Shown here: piece by piece, positions 10,861 to 10,974 of the stretch | Numbering within the stretch: position 1 is the first letter of the stretch | Layout: every line of letters begins with the position of its first letter | Origin: Myxococcota bacterium | Lineage (GTDB): Bacteria; Myxococcota; JACRCW01 | Direction: 5' to 3' | DNA length: 10,974 nt | Assembly (NCBI GenBank): GCA_040752415.1 | Contig: JBFMGU010000324.1 | Coordinates: forward strand, 1-10,974 | Position numbers and translations under genes: made by a program | The notes under the pieces: model-generated | The model's database searches: none | Told to the model about the DNA's origin: nothing | What the model saw: only the letters and a program-made list of their open reading frames with translations

Positions 10861-10904
10861 AGAAAGCACCAAGGCCGCGTTCCCGGTTGAGAACGCGGCC
10901 TTGG
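10861..10904 (-). terminator. Intrinsic terminator downstream of tRNA-Pro
   Basis: Perfect 14-bp inverted repeat CCAAGGCCGCGTTC (10869-10882) / GAACGCGGCCTTGG (10891-10904), followed on the minus strand by UGCUUUCU, 2 nt after the CCA. Confidence 0.85.
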
Positions 10905-10906
10905 AG

Positions 10907-10974
10907 TGGTCGGGGCGAAAGGATTTGAACCTTCGGCCTCTTGGTCCCGAACCAAGCGCTCTACCAGGCTGAGC
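10907..10974 (-). tRNA. tRNA-Pro (anticodon CGG); about 9 nt of the 5' end lie beyond the window
   Basis: Reverse complement: GCTCAGCCTGGTAGAGC (D arm), CTTGG-TTCGGGA-CCAAG (anticodon arm), GAAGG-TTCAAAT-CCTTT (T arm), CGCCCCG-A-CCA (acceptor with encoded CCA). Confidence 0.97.

Noticed and set aside
10788..10955. 5' extension of the 1373-aa ORF
   Set aside because: It overlaps tRNA-Pro and its terminator; the SD and signal peptide support ATG 10787.

Overview
High-GC bacterial DNA with a Myxococcota/deltaproteobacteria-like protein style (many lipoproteins, 'DAG' linkers, a Cys-rich CDGxDNDC repeat protein); the taxonomy is inference only. Left to right: (1) a secreted two-repeat protein on the minus strand that runs off the left edge and is missing from the ORF track, plus a possible 55-aa membrane ORF upstream of it; (2) a divergent, translationally coupled operon of three predicted lipoproteins: an AHAHG-motif protein, a His-rich YncE-like beta-propeller, and a TsdA/SoxA-like diheme cytochrome c; (3) a long-type HU with a Lys/Gly tail; (4) a stand-alone, divergent biotin carboxylase with an unexplained ~220-aa N-terminal domain; (5) a 1317-aa Cys-rich lipoprotein with a Ser stalk and ~19 MopE-like repeats; (6) tRNA-Pro(CGG), cut by the right edge, with its terminator. 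The best candidate for an undescribed system is the propeller + His/Cys-heme cytochrome + His-motif lipoprotein operon, possibly a surface metal (Cu)-dependent redox module.
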